The notes under the pieces: generated by a model
What the model saw: only the letters and a program-made list of their open reading frames with translations
Database searches by the model: none
Told to the model about the DNA's origin: nothing
Shown: positions 8,241 to 16,383 of the stretch, in pieces
Numbering within the stretch: the stretch's first letter is position 1
Layout of the letters: every line of letters begins with the position of its first letter
Program-made: the position numbers and the translations under genes
From: an uncultured Candidatus Saccharibacteria bacterium
GTDB lineage: Bacteria; Patescibacteriota; Minisyncoccia; Ryanbacterales; HO2-45-13
DNA: 64,000 bases
Reading direction: 5' to 3'
NCBI GenBank assembly: GCA_964354975.1
Contig: CAYHBS010000003.1
Span: forward strand, 4,086-68,085

Positions 8241-8966
8241 CCTTTGGACATCATAACCCACGCGTATTTTATCCCCCTCTTGTTTTATTTTTCTAATATT
8301 CACGTGTCGAATTTCTACAAGATCAGAAACAGGAGTTCCGCCGCAAGGCATATAGTAACCATCGTGCACAACCACACGAGCAAGCTCACCTTTTTCTGCG
8401 GAAAAATCTGGAGTGTAATGACAAATTTCTTTCATTTTCTCTCTAGTCATAAAGATGACTTGTGTCTTGCCTCTCTTTTGCACAGATTCATTACAAAGCC
8501 GTTCAATATCTACTTTTATTTTTTCTTTATCCAACCCTTCCAGTTTCCCCGCATATTCATCATAAGGCCCATCTGGAAAATGGTACCCTTTCCCTGGAAT
8601 CCAGTTCAACTTCAACTCAAAAATAGCTTTATCTACTAAGTGCCCTGCCGAATGAATGCGTGCATTGAGATTTCTCCGATCTTCATCTACGACGCATTTA
8701 ACCATATCATATACTTGAAAAGCACCATGCTCAAATTGTCCAATATGTTTTACGCCAGCATCAGAAAATCGCACTTCTTCAACTAAAAATTTACCTGAAA
8801 CGGACTCGATCGTTCCTTGATCATACGGCTGTCCGCCACCTTGTGGATAAAAAATAGTTTGATCAAGAATAACAACAATTTTTTCATTATATTCCGCAAC
8901 ATTCAATACTTTTGCTTCTAAATTCAGTAAATGGAAATCTTCTAAATAAAGTAATTTTGTTGCCAT
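8238..8966 (-). CDS. alaX: AlaX-like alanyl-tRNA editing protein (tRNA_SAD domain)
   Basis: FYPQGGGQPYDQG, HSAGHLV (HxxxH zinc motif) and MPCGGTP (CxxxH-position motif, with the His replaced) are AlaRS-editing-domain-like. Confidence 0.65.
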   Translation of the reverse strand: MATKLLYLEDFHLLNLEAKVLNVAEYNEKIVVILDQTIFYPQGGGQPYDQGTIESVSGKFLVEEVRFSDAGVKHIGQFEHGAFQVYDMVKCVVDEDRRNLNARIHSAGHLVDKAIFELKLNWIPGKGYHFPDGPYDEYAGKLEGLDKEKIKVDIERLCNESVQKRGKTQVIFMTREKMKEICHYTPDFSAEKGELARVVVHDGYYMPCGGTPVSDLVEIRHVNIRKIKQEGDKIRVGYDVQR

Positions 8967-9015
8967 GATTTATTTTCTCATAAATCGGTTATATTCCTCC
9001 GTTTCCAAAGGCCCA

Positions 9016-9049
9016 CACTTGTTGATATGCTACACGAATGGAAAATCTA
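9016..9049 (-). promoter_or_regulatory. conserved 33-nt motif copy B (CACTTGTTGATATGCTACACGAATGGAAAATCTA)
   Basis: Ends at the pgeF stop codon, 50 nt upstream of the alaX ATG. Confidence 0.3.
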
Positions 9050-9745
9050 AATTAAACCAATATATCCGACCATCACTTGCAGTTCTTTTGGTTTATCGCG
9101 ACGAAAGGAAAAATACTCGACTTCTTTGCAATATGTACAACATTCGCTGTCTTGTATATTACCCTCTTTCACCCCTGATTCTCTAAGCTGGGCTTTCATG
9201 ATCTTTGGGATATCAACAAAAACTTTTTCTTCTCTTTCACTCACACTCCCTGGGTAATTCCTGTAAAGTATTGCGTTTTCCGGCTTCACCTCAAAATGAC
9301 ATTGGCGAATCCCGGGGCTGATACCCACAACAAGCATATGCGGCACCGCGCCAAACGCTTGTGCCATTTCTACCACCATATTAGTTACTACGCCCCCTAC
9401 AAGACCTTTCCATCCGACATGCGCGATGCCGACTGCTTTGTGTATGGGATCATATAGATATAAGGGGAAACAATCCGCGCCAGTCACTGAAATAAAAAGA
9501 TTTTTAATATTGGTAACCAGCGCATCGGTTGAGCTGATCATCATCCCCGCCACTTCGTCAGAAACCCTTACAACTTTTGTTCCATGCACCAAGTCAGCTG
9601 TTACTACGCGATAGGGATCAATGCCTATTTTTCTAAAGTATACCTCCCTGTTCTCTTTTTCCAAATGTCGATGCATCGAACCATCCGTTCGATTCGAAAA
9701 CCCATATTTTAAATTCGTATATTTGGTAAATTGAGAAAAAACCAT
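9047..9745 (-). CDS. pgeF: peptidoglycan editing factor PgeF / YfiH (laccase-domain, DUF152) protein
   Basis: GADCFPL, HVGWKG and CTYC motifs in a 232-aa protein. Confidence 0.8.
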   Translation of the reverse strand: MVFSQFTKYTNLKYGFSNRTDGSMHRHLEKENREVYFRKIGIDPYRVVTADLVHGTKVVRVSDEVAGMMISSTDALVTNIKNLFISVTGADCFPLYLYDPIHKAVGIAHVGWKGLVGGVVTNMVVEMAQAFGAVPHMLVVGISPGIRQCHFEVKPENAILYRNYPGSVSEREEKVFVDIPKIMKAQLRESGVKEGNIQDSECCTYCKEVEYFSFRRDKPKELQVMVGYIGLI

Positions 9746-9827
9746 TGTCTTTCTATTTGACTAGCATTTCGGCGTTACTTGCTACTCCAAAAAATCCAAT
9801 AAATACGGGCCTTATCCTTTCCCGTGA

Positions 9828-9861
9828 CACTTCTTGATATGCGATATTAATGGGAAAGATA
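9828..9861 (-). promoter_or_regulatory. conserved 33-nt motif copy C (CACTTCTTGATATGCGATATTAATGGGAAAGATA)
   Basis: Contains the CYTH stop codon and lies ~80 nt upstream of the pgeF ATG. Confidence 0.3.
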
Positions 9862-10389
9862 GTAAATCTGCGTATCATACCCCCTTGTCTCTTCATCACT
9901 CCGAGACAAACCAAGTGATTCTGCGACTCTAAAAAGTTCCTCTCTCACTACTTGTGGGTCTGCGTTGTCATCAGTCAGCTTCTCAAGTTCAACGTAACTT
10001 CCAAGTTGTTCAACTTCATCCAAACAAATTTCGTATTCGCCAAGCTTGCCCTTACGACGAATTTTTGTCACTTCGATTTCTGGTTGATAACCTAGAAGCA
10101 AAAGAATTTTGTGTATTGCCTTTGGATCACTTACTTTTGTTTCGTGCTCAGTATTGTCCATTTCACCTGATCGTTGTTGTTTTACATTAAACTCCGCGAA
10201 ATCTTTTTGATATCGTATTCGCGGCATAATATCGCCTTCTTTTGCGTTTTTCCACTCATCAATGCCTCCCTTTGAGTAGTTAACATCGTGCTGACTAATT
10301 GGATCAGAAAGAAAACAACCTTTTTCTTCAAGTTGTCTTTGAAGCTCGGCTTTATTTTTTACCTTAAGTTTTATTTCAATTTCGCGCAC
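9847..10389 (-). CDS. CYTH-domain protein (triphosphate tunnel metalloenzyme / class IV adenylate cyclase fold)
   Basis: MREIEIKLKV... matches the typical CYTH N-terminal EIE(R/K)K motif; the acidic C-terminal half is also consistent. Confidence 0.55.
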   Translation of the reverse strand: MREIEIKLKVKNKAELQRQLEEKGCFLSDPISQHDVNYSKGGIDEWKNAKEGDIMPRIRYQKDFAEFNVKQQRSGEMDNTEHETKVSDPKAIHKILLLLGYQPEIEVTKIRRKGKLGEYEICLDEVEQLGSYVELEKLTDDNADPQVVREELFRVAESLGLSRSDEETRGYDTQIYYLSH

Positions 10390-10586
10390 AATAAAGGGTT
10401 TTACTTTTTCCTAATTATATAACACTTTAGAAGTTTTTAGCTAAATGGCAGCGTTTATATTTCTTCCCCGATCCATCCCACACCAAAAAATCGTACGATC
10501 TCGCGCTTCGCCCATCGAGGGTGGGGCTATGCGCCCACGCACTCGATCTGGGGTTGGTGCGGGACTCCGCTTTTTTACGTATCATA

Positions 10587-13238
10587 CTAAGTATTTTTCC
10601 CGTGACAATGCTTATACTTCTTTGGGCGGCCATCTGACAGCGTCGCTCCGCACGGGCAAGGATCATTGCGTCCAATTTTTTCTCCCTTCTTGTCGCGCGG
10701 CGTGCTGGGGAGATTTCCTCCCGAACCAAGCATTACTTGCGAGGGTCGCAGTTGATGTTTTTCTTTTTCGTCGGCGGCTTTAATAATATTTTGAGTAAAA
10801 AGCTCTTCGAGCGTTTGGTGGAAAGTACGAAATAGTCGCGAAGCTTCATTCTTATATTCCACTAGCGGATCGCGCTGTCCATATGCACGAAGACGTACAG
10901 AGCTTCGTGTATATTCCATTAACTCCAAGTGATCCCGCCATAAATAATCAATCACCTGCAAATACACGGATCGTACAACATCATAAAATTTGTCCCCTTC
11001 TCGCTCTTTGCGTAATTGCACTGCCGATGATCCTACCTCAAGTACGACACTGCGCACCGCCGCAGCATCGGAAACGGCTTCCAGTCGCGAAAACATATCG
11101 CGTTCGTGAAAATTTGCTTCAAGTAATTTTGCAAGGTCATCCAGCCGCCAATGATCACGAATATCTCCGGTGTGCGCGTCGGCGATGCGTGTGAGTGATG
11201 CGGTGAGCGCCTGCTGTAGTTTTTCCTCAAGAAACACATTGTCCGCAAATAACATTTCTCTTCGCTCGCGGTATACCGCGCTACGCTGCTTGGTGAGCAC
11301 TGTATCATAGTCGAGTAAATGTTTTCGCGCATCGAAATGAAATCCTTCAATACGCGCTTGCGCAGATTCAATCTGTCTCGACACCATTTTGGATTCTATT
11401 GGCTGATCTTCCGGCACTCCAAGCGTGCCCATGAGTCCTTTTAATTTCTCGGAACCAAACACGCGCATCAGTTCATCCTCGAGAGAAATATAAAATTGTG
11501 TCGTCCCCGGGTCGCCCTGGCGTCCTGCGCGGCCTCGCAGCTGATTGTCGATTCGCCTGGCTTCGTGCCTCACCGTACCAATGACGAGCAGTCCCCCAAG
11601 TGCGCATACTTCCATAGCGGTGGTCGCGTGATAGGGCGCCCCTCCGAGAATGATATCGACTCCGCGTCCCGCCATGTTTGTTGCCACGGTCACCGCGCCC
11701 TTCCGTCCGGCTTGCGCAATAATTTCTCCTTCACGCTCGTGATTCTTCGCGTTCAGCATCTCATGCTTGATGCCCTCCACTTTCAGTAGGGCGGAGAGTT
11801 TTTCATTTTGCTCAATAGATACGGTACCCACAAGCACCGGGCGTCCGATGTTATGCGCCTCCGCGATGGAGCGTACGACGGCCTTCCACTTTCCTTCTTC
11901 GCTCTGAAATATTGCGTCGGGAAGATCCGCGCGCACCGCAATGCGGTGGGTGGGCACAATCATGACGTTCAGATTGTATACTTGCTGAAATTCTTCCTCG
12001 GAAGTCTTTCCCGTACCTGTCATTCCGGAAAGCTTTTCATACATTTTGAAATAATTTTGAAATGTCACCGACGCGAGTGTGCGCGATTCTTTCTGAACGG
12101 CGACCCCCTCTTTTGCCTCTACTGCTTGATGGAGTCCATCGGACCACCGACGCCCCGGCATCAAGCGTCCTGTAAATTCATCAACGATAACGACTTGCCC
12201 GTTCCGGACTACATAATCTTGATCACGGTGAAAAAGTCCGTGCGCACGGAGCGCTTGTTCGAGGTGCCGGACATATTTGATACCTTTCTCATTATAAATA
12301 TCCCCGATGCCAAGCTGTGCTTCAACGTACTCAATTCCTTCTTCGGTAAGGGTGACTGCTTTTTGCTTTTCATCAACTTCGAAATGTTTATCGCGCTTCA
12401 GCATGGGAACAAGTTTCGAAAACACCTGGTACAGTTCGCCAGACGCTTCGTCCGGAGCAGAAATAATGAGCGGCGTGCGCGCTTCGTCAATCAAGATGGA
12501 ATCTACTTCGTCAACAATCGCAAAAAAGTGTTCTCGCTGACGAATGCCGCTCCTGCCATGCTCCAAGTTGTCCCGCAACCAATCAAAGCCAAATTCATTG
12601 TTCGTGCCGTATGTAATATCGGTCGCGTAGGCTTCGTGTCGCGTACAGGGGCGCAGAAATTCTTGCACCACGTGGAAGCTTGCCGTTGCGTCGCGTTCGG
12701 CTTCCGGCACGTCACTCTTTGCTTTCCCCCACTCTGGGTCGTATATGTATGAGGTGTCGTGCGTAATGCAACCCACAGATAATCCGAGCGCGGAATAAAT
12801 CTGTCCCATCCACGCCGCATCACGACGTGCGAGATAGTCGTTCACCGTGATCACGTGTACGCCTTGGCCGGTGAGCGCATTGAGTGCGACCGCGGGAGTT
12901 GCCGCAAGCGTCTTTCCTTCTCCGGTGCGCATTTCTGCAATGTTCCCTTGGTGGAGCGTGATGGCGCCGAGGAGCTGTACATCGTAATGTCTTTGCCCAA
13001 GGGTGCGGCGCGCCGCCTCGCGAGTTGCCGCAAACATCGGAACAAGAAATTCATCCACATCAGACCCATTGGCAACTTGGCTTTTCAGCGTGGCTACTTT
13101 TTCTTTGAGTGCTCCGTCAGAAAGCGCTTTCCATTCTTCCTCTGCGGTGTTCACCCCCGCAACGAGCGGCCTCCATTGTTCAAGCTGCTTTGAAGACGCG
13201 TCTCCAAAGAGCGTTGAGAGTATCGACATAATTTGCAC
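10587..13238 (-). CDS. secA: preprotein translocase ATPase SecA
   Basis: 883 aa with DEAD-like motor motifs (MRTGEGKTL..., DEVDSILIDEARTPLIIS, TNMAGRGVDI) and the C-terminal zinc finger CPCGATLSDGRPKKYKHCHG. Confidence 0.95.
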   Translation of the reverse strand: MQIMSILSTLFGDASSKQLEQWRPLVAGVNTAEEEWKALSDGALKEKVATLKSQVANGSDVDEFLVPMFAATREAARRTLGQRHYDVQLLGAITLHQGNIAEMRTGEGKTLAATPAVALNALTGQGVHVITVNDYLARRDAAWMGQIYSALGLSVGCITHDTSYIYDPEWGKAKSDVPEAERDATASFHVVQEFLRPCTRHEAYATDITYGTNNEFGFDWLRDNLEHGRSGIRQREHFFAIVDEVDSILIDEARTPLIISAPDEASGELYQVFSKLVPMLKRDKHFEVDEKQKAVTLTEEGIEYVEAQLGIGDIYNEKGIKYVRHLEQALRAHGLFHRDQDYVVRNGQVVIVDEFTGRLMPGRRWSDGLHQAVEAKEGVAVQKESRTLASVTFQNYFKMYEKLSGMTGTGKTSEEEFQQVYNLNVMIVPTHRIAVRADLPDAIFQSEEGKWKAVVRSIAEAHNIGRPVLVGTVSIEQNEKLSALLKVEGIKHEMLNAKNHEREGEIIAQAGRKGAVTVATNMAGRGVDIILGGAPYHATTAMEVCALGGLLVIGTVRHEARRIDNQLRGRAGRQGDPGTTQFYISLEDELMRVFGSEKLKGLMGTLGVPEDQPIESKMVSRQIESAQARIEGFHFDARKHLLDYDTVLTKQRSAVYRERREMLFADNVFLEEKLQQALTASLTRIADAHTGDIRDHWRLDDLAKLLEANFHERDMFSRLEAVSDAAAVRSVVLEVGSSAVQLRKEREGDKFYDVVRSVYLQVIDYLWRDHLELMEYTRSSVRLRAYGQRDPLVEYKNEASRLFRTFHQTLEELFTQNIIKAADEKEKHQLRPSQVMLGSGGNLPSTPRDKKGEKIGRNDPCPCGATLSDGRPKKYKHCHGKNT

Positions 13239-13282
13239 ATTCTAGCGCTGAAATTGACGAAACGCAACGCGGCACGTACCCG

Positions 13283-14653
13283 CTAATTCAAATACCCCCA
13301 ACTCTGGAGCCGATCGGAGTCTTCGTTCCAGCGAAGCCCAATATCAGTTCTGTAAAACATATTTTGGAGCTGAATATTTTCGATGCGGTTGTATGCCTGA
13401 CGCCGCGCTTCTGCAACCGTACTTCCCGCCCCAGTCACCACAAGCGCATACCCGGTGACGCCCGCAAGGCGCCACGAACTTCCCACTTTACGCACCTCTC
13501 CGATCCACACTCCTTCTGGATTTGGCTTTGTAAAAAATATAGAGGAGTCGCGATATACCGCCATCTCCGCTTTACTGATATATGGGAATGGGGGCACGGC
13601 AATCACCACGCCGATTTGAAACCCTCGTTTTGTCGATATTTCCAGAGATTCACCTGCAGCCATTTTGTACAGTAGCTCTCCCATTGGAGTCGCAATCCCC
13701 TCCATTTGGATACTAATTGTGGGGTAGCCAAAGCGTGACGTAAACTCGAGCGGATACATGCCGCGTGCATTCGCAATACAATTAATATCAATATAGCCAA
13801 CATACGCACACGCCCGCAATTTTTCTGTCATTTTCTCGAGGGTTTGCCGAAAGATTGAATTCGGTTCAGACCAATACATCAGTGTGCCCATCTCCCCCAC
13901 CATGGGGCCTAAATCTCCCGGGTAGAGCCGCTTGTGTTCGAAGTTGATGTTCACCGGAAGCAAGAATTCTTTGCCGTTGAAAAATGCGCCGACCGCAATT
14001 TCGACACCCGTGACAAATTTCTGTATGTGAAAATTCGGCATCACATGGGACCACCCCTCTTTATTCTGTTCCAACATTTCGATGAGATCCTTCCCGTCTT
14101 CTTCTTTACCAATGAATACGTTCGTCCGGCTGTCGTATGAAACGTCTCCAGATGGCTTAAATACATATCTCCCTGGATGTGCTTTGAGAAATTTAATTGC
14201 GTCGTCGTAATCGTTGAAATTCCAGCTTGGTGGTGTGAGCATCCCCACGTCCGACATTTCTGTTTGCCCAAACTCACGATCGGCCTCGAGTCGATCGGTA
14301 TATTCGCTTCCACCCACTACTAATTTCCCCGCCGCACGAAGTTCGTCCGCCTTAGAACCAAACCCAATTGTGTCGAAGATCACCACATCTGCCCAATCGA
14401 GGTGTTGCTTCCAATGCTTTATTTTTTCAATAAATCCGTCATAGACATCCTGATCAAGTGCTTGTGAAATGTACATCTTTACGTGATGCCCCTCTTCTTT
14501 CAGCTGTAACGCCACCGAACCACTTAATGCTTCATCGGAAACAAATAAAAACTTCTTCCGTTTAAATTGCGGAAACTTGGATCCATTTGATTTCACTCCA
14601 TTGGTTCCGTTCTGCGAATGTTTCGCGTCCAGCTTTTCGCGCGGTTCAGACAT
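13283..14653 (-). CDS. PurD-like ATP-grasp enzyme (phosphoribosylamine--glycine ligase family)
   Basis: ATP-grasp core (RYVFKPSGD..., EFLLPVNINFEHKRLYPGDLGPMVGEMG). The C-terminus RLAGVTGYALVVTGAGSTVAEARRQAYNRIENIQLQNMFYRTDIG resembles the PurD C-domain. The start is placed at MSEPREK (ATG 14653). Confidence 0.5.
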   Translation of the reverse strand: MSEPREKLDAKHSQNGTNGVKSNGSKFPQFKRKKFLFVSDEALSGSVALQLKEEGHHVKMYISQALDQDVYDGFIEKIKHWKQHLDWADVVIFDTIGFGSKADELRAAGKLVVGGSEYTDRLEADREFGQTEMSDVGMLTPPSWNFNDYDDAIKFLKAHPGRYVFKPSGDVSYDSRTNVFIGKEEDGKDLIEMLEQNKEGWSHVMPNFHIQKFVTGVEIAVGAFFNGKEFLLPVNINFEHKRLYPGDLGPMVGEMGTLMYWSEPNSIFRQTLEKMTEKLRACAYVGYIDINCIANARGMYPLEFTSRFGYPTISIQMEGIATPMGELLYKMAAGESLEISTKRGFQIGVVIAVPPFPYISKAEMAVYRDSSIFFTKPNPEGVWIGEVRKVGSSWRLAGVTGYALVVTGAGSTVAEARRQAYNRIENIQLQNMFYRTDIGLRWNEDSDRLQSWGYLN

Positions 14654-14728
14654 GTTGCGTATGTAGTCTAGCAATATCAAAGAAAAAAAGAAGCACACGT
14701 GTGCACATACGCTTCTCTTGTATGTTAC

Positions 14729-15094
14729 TTACGAAGTCCAGCGTCGCAGAAAATCCTTAAACCTTCTTCCCCCTTCTCGCTGATGTGTGCGTCCCTTATC
14801 TTTATATTTTTTTGTTTCCCGTACGATGTCTTCTTCCACCACGTCGATTGCCGTATGAATATCCTCTGCGGTATGTTCGGAGCGAATCATTTGTCCCCCA
14901 ATTGAAAGATTTGCCTCTGCGCGCCACACATCTCCTTTCTTGTGATGTCTCGTCGTCAGTTCCAACTCTATATCGAGCATCGCACTATCATCGCCCTCCA
15001 CAAGTGGTGTGAGCGACGCAACGATCTTCCCCTCCACATATTCACGAAGCGCGGGGGTGAGTGTCGTTCCGTTCGCATGAATATTTGTTCTCAT
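14729..15094 (-). CDS. hpf: ribosome hibernation promoting factor (HPF/RaiA)
   Basis: MRTNIHANGTTLTPALREYVEGKI... matches the HPF N-terminus; length is 121 aa. Confidence 0.8.
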   Translation of the reverse strand: MRTNIHANGTTLTPALREYVEGKIVASLTPLVEGDDSAMLDIELELTTRHHKKGDVWRAEANLSIGGQMIRSEHTAEDIHTAIDVVEEDIVRETKKYKDKGRTHQREGGRRFKDFLRRWTS

Positions 15095-15117
15095 ATCTTC
15101 AGTGTATCACGGGCGTA

Positions 15118-15157
15118 TAAATAAAACAGTGCCACGAAACGCGCATGCGCCACTGCA
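15118..15157 (-). terminator. possible terminator after murB
   Basis: GC-rich imperfect hairpin containing the palindrome GCGCATGCGC, followed on the minus strand by TGTTTTATTT. Confidence 0.3.
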
Positions 15158-15166
15158 CACTGCGGG

Positions 15167-16042
15167 CTAAACTTTGTCAAAACCAATAAACTGAATTTCT
15201 GGTTCGAGCTCGATCGCAAACTTTTCTTTCACCACTGCTTTTGCGTGAGTTGCAAGCGCGGCAACGTCTCCGGCGGTCGCGTGATGCGCATTTAAGAAAT
15301 AATTCGCATGGCGTTGAGAAATTTGCGCACCACCAATGACATACCCTTTCAGACCCGCCTCGTCAATCAGCTTTCCTGCGGGCATATCTGGGGAAGGATT
15401 TTTAAACATACATCCTGCGCACTGGGCGCCGATATCTTGCTTTGCAATACGCTCAACCGTAAATGCCTTTACTGTTTTCTGACTTTCTTCTTTGTTGCCC
15501 GGATTGAGACGGAACGTCGCTTCCAAAATAATAAACTCGGGACGCCGCTTAAACATTGAATCCCTATACCCGAACTCACACACGCTTGCCGGTAATGTTT
15601 CCGTCTCCCCTGTTTCGGAGTTCAGCACAAACACGCTATCGAGTACGCGCGCAACGTCTCCCCCAAAGCACCCCGCATTTCCCCGCACTGATCCGCCCAC
15701 GAATCCGGGTATACCAATTGCCCACTCAATACCGGTGAGCCCTTCTGCAACTGCACCACTCACGACTTTCGCCATTGGCACACCAGATCCTGCAGTAATG
15801 GTGTGCAACTCGGTAAACATTCGTCTTAAATTCATCTTGATGACGAGCCCCGCATATCCATCATCAGCAATGAGTACATTAGAGCCCCCCGAAATCACGA
15901 TAAACGGCACTCGGTGTGACATTGCAAATGCAACCGCTTCTTTGACATCTCCCACCGAGGAGGCGACCGCAAAAAAACGCGCGGGCCCGCCAATTTTAAA
16001 ATACGTGTGAGGTGCGAGTGGCACCGCGCTTTGAATTTCCAT
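15167..16042 (-). CDS. murB: UDP-N-acetylenolpyruvoylglucosamine reductase MurB
   Basis: FAD-binding N-domain (TYFKIGGPARFF..., ISGGSNVL) and the MurB C-domain. Confidence 0.85.
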   Translation of the reverse strand: MEIQSAVPLAPHTYFKIGGPARFFAVASSVGDVKEAVAFAMSHRVPFIVISGGSNVLIADDGYAGLVIKMNLRRMFTELHTITAGSGVPMAKVVSGAVAEGLTGIEWAIGIPGFVGGSVRGNAGCFGGDVARVLDSVFVLNSETGETETLPASVCEFGYRDSMFKRRPEFIILEATFRLNPGNKEESQKTVKAFTVERIAKQDIGAQCAGCMFKNPSPDMPAGKLIDEAGLKGYVIGGAQISQRHANYFLNAHHATAGDVAALATHAKAVVKEKFAIELEPEIQFIGFDKV

Positions 16043-16383
16043 ATCAGTACTTAAGCGGCCAGAGAGAGGTCCGACTCCGAACTACGTCTATGAGTGCCGT
16101 CTCTCTGGCCACTGAAATACTGAATCTCTCCATCGTGGCGTGTCCGTATTATAGGTCAGCTCCATGCCTGGGCACAATAAACCAAGCTCCTTTGCGACCA
16201 AAGATCACGCTTACCATGTGGATGTTCCTGTTGGGGTATTTTTTTCAACTCACGCGTTTAACAAAGGAGCTCGGAAAATCAAAAAGACCCTCGCGGGGCC
16301 TTTTGAAGACGTAGTTCGTGCCGAGCCTTACCCAGAGCACTCAATGGACGCAGTATAGCAGATCCGAGAAAAAATGCAAGGTA

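Noticed and set aside
8079-8639. 186-aa plus-strand ORF overlapping the MazG-like and alaX genes
   Set aside because: It is antisense to two well-supported genes, has Phe/Ile-rich low complexity and shows no motif.
6222-10389. Interpreting patatin + ASCH + MazG + CYTH as a single defence operon
   Set aside because: The genes are on different strands and separated by terminators and by housekeeping alaX and pgeF. The idea is kept only as a low-interest neighbourhood observation.
10427-10783. Overlapping 100-aa (minus) and 112-aa (plus) ORFs at the secA 3' end
   Set aside because: They overlap the conserved secA C-terminal zinc-finger coding region in other frames or strands, with no domain features.
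11808-12752. 314-aa plus-strand ORF inside secA
   Set aside because: It is antisense to the highly conserved SecA motor domain and has no recognisable motifs.
15492-16010. 172-aa plus-strand ORF antisense to murB
   Set aside because: It is Pro/Ser/Thr-rich low complexity and antisense to a confidently called gene.
16012-16358. Two short plus-strand ORFs (100 aa, 64 aa) in the 340-nt intergenic region
   Set aside because: No homology was recognised. The region is better explained by RNA secondary-structure elements. They are mentioned only as a finding.
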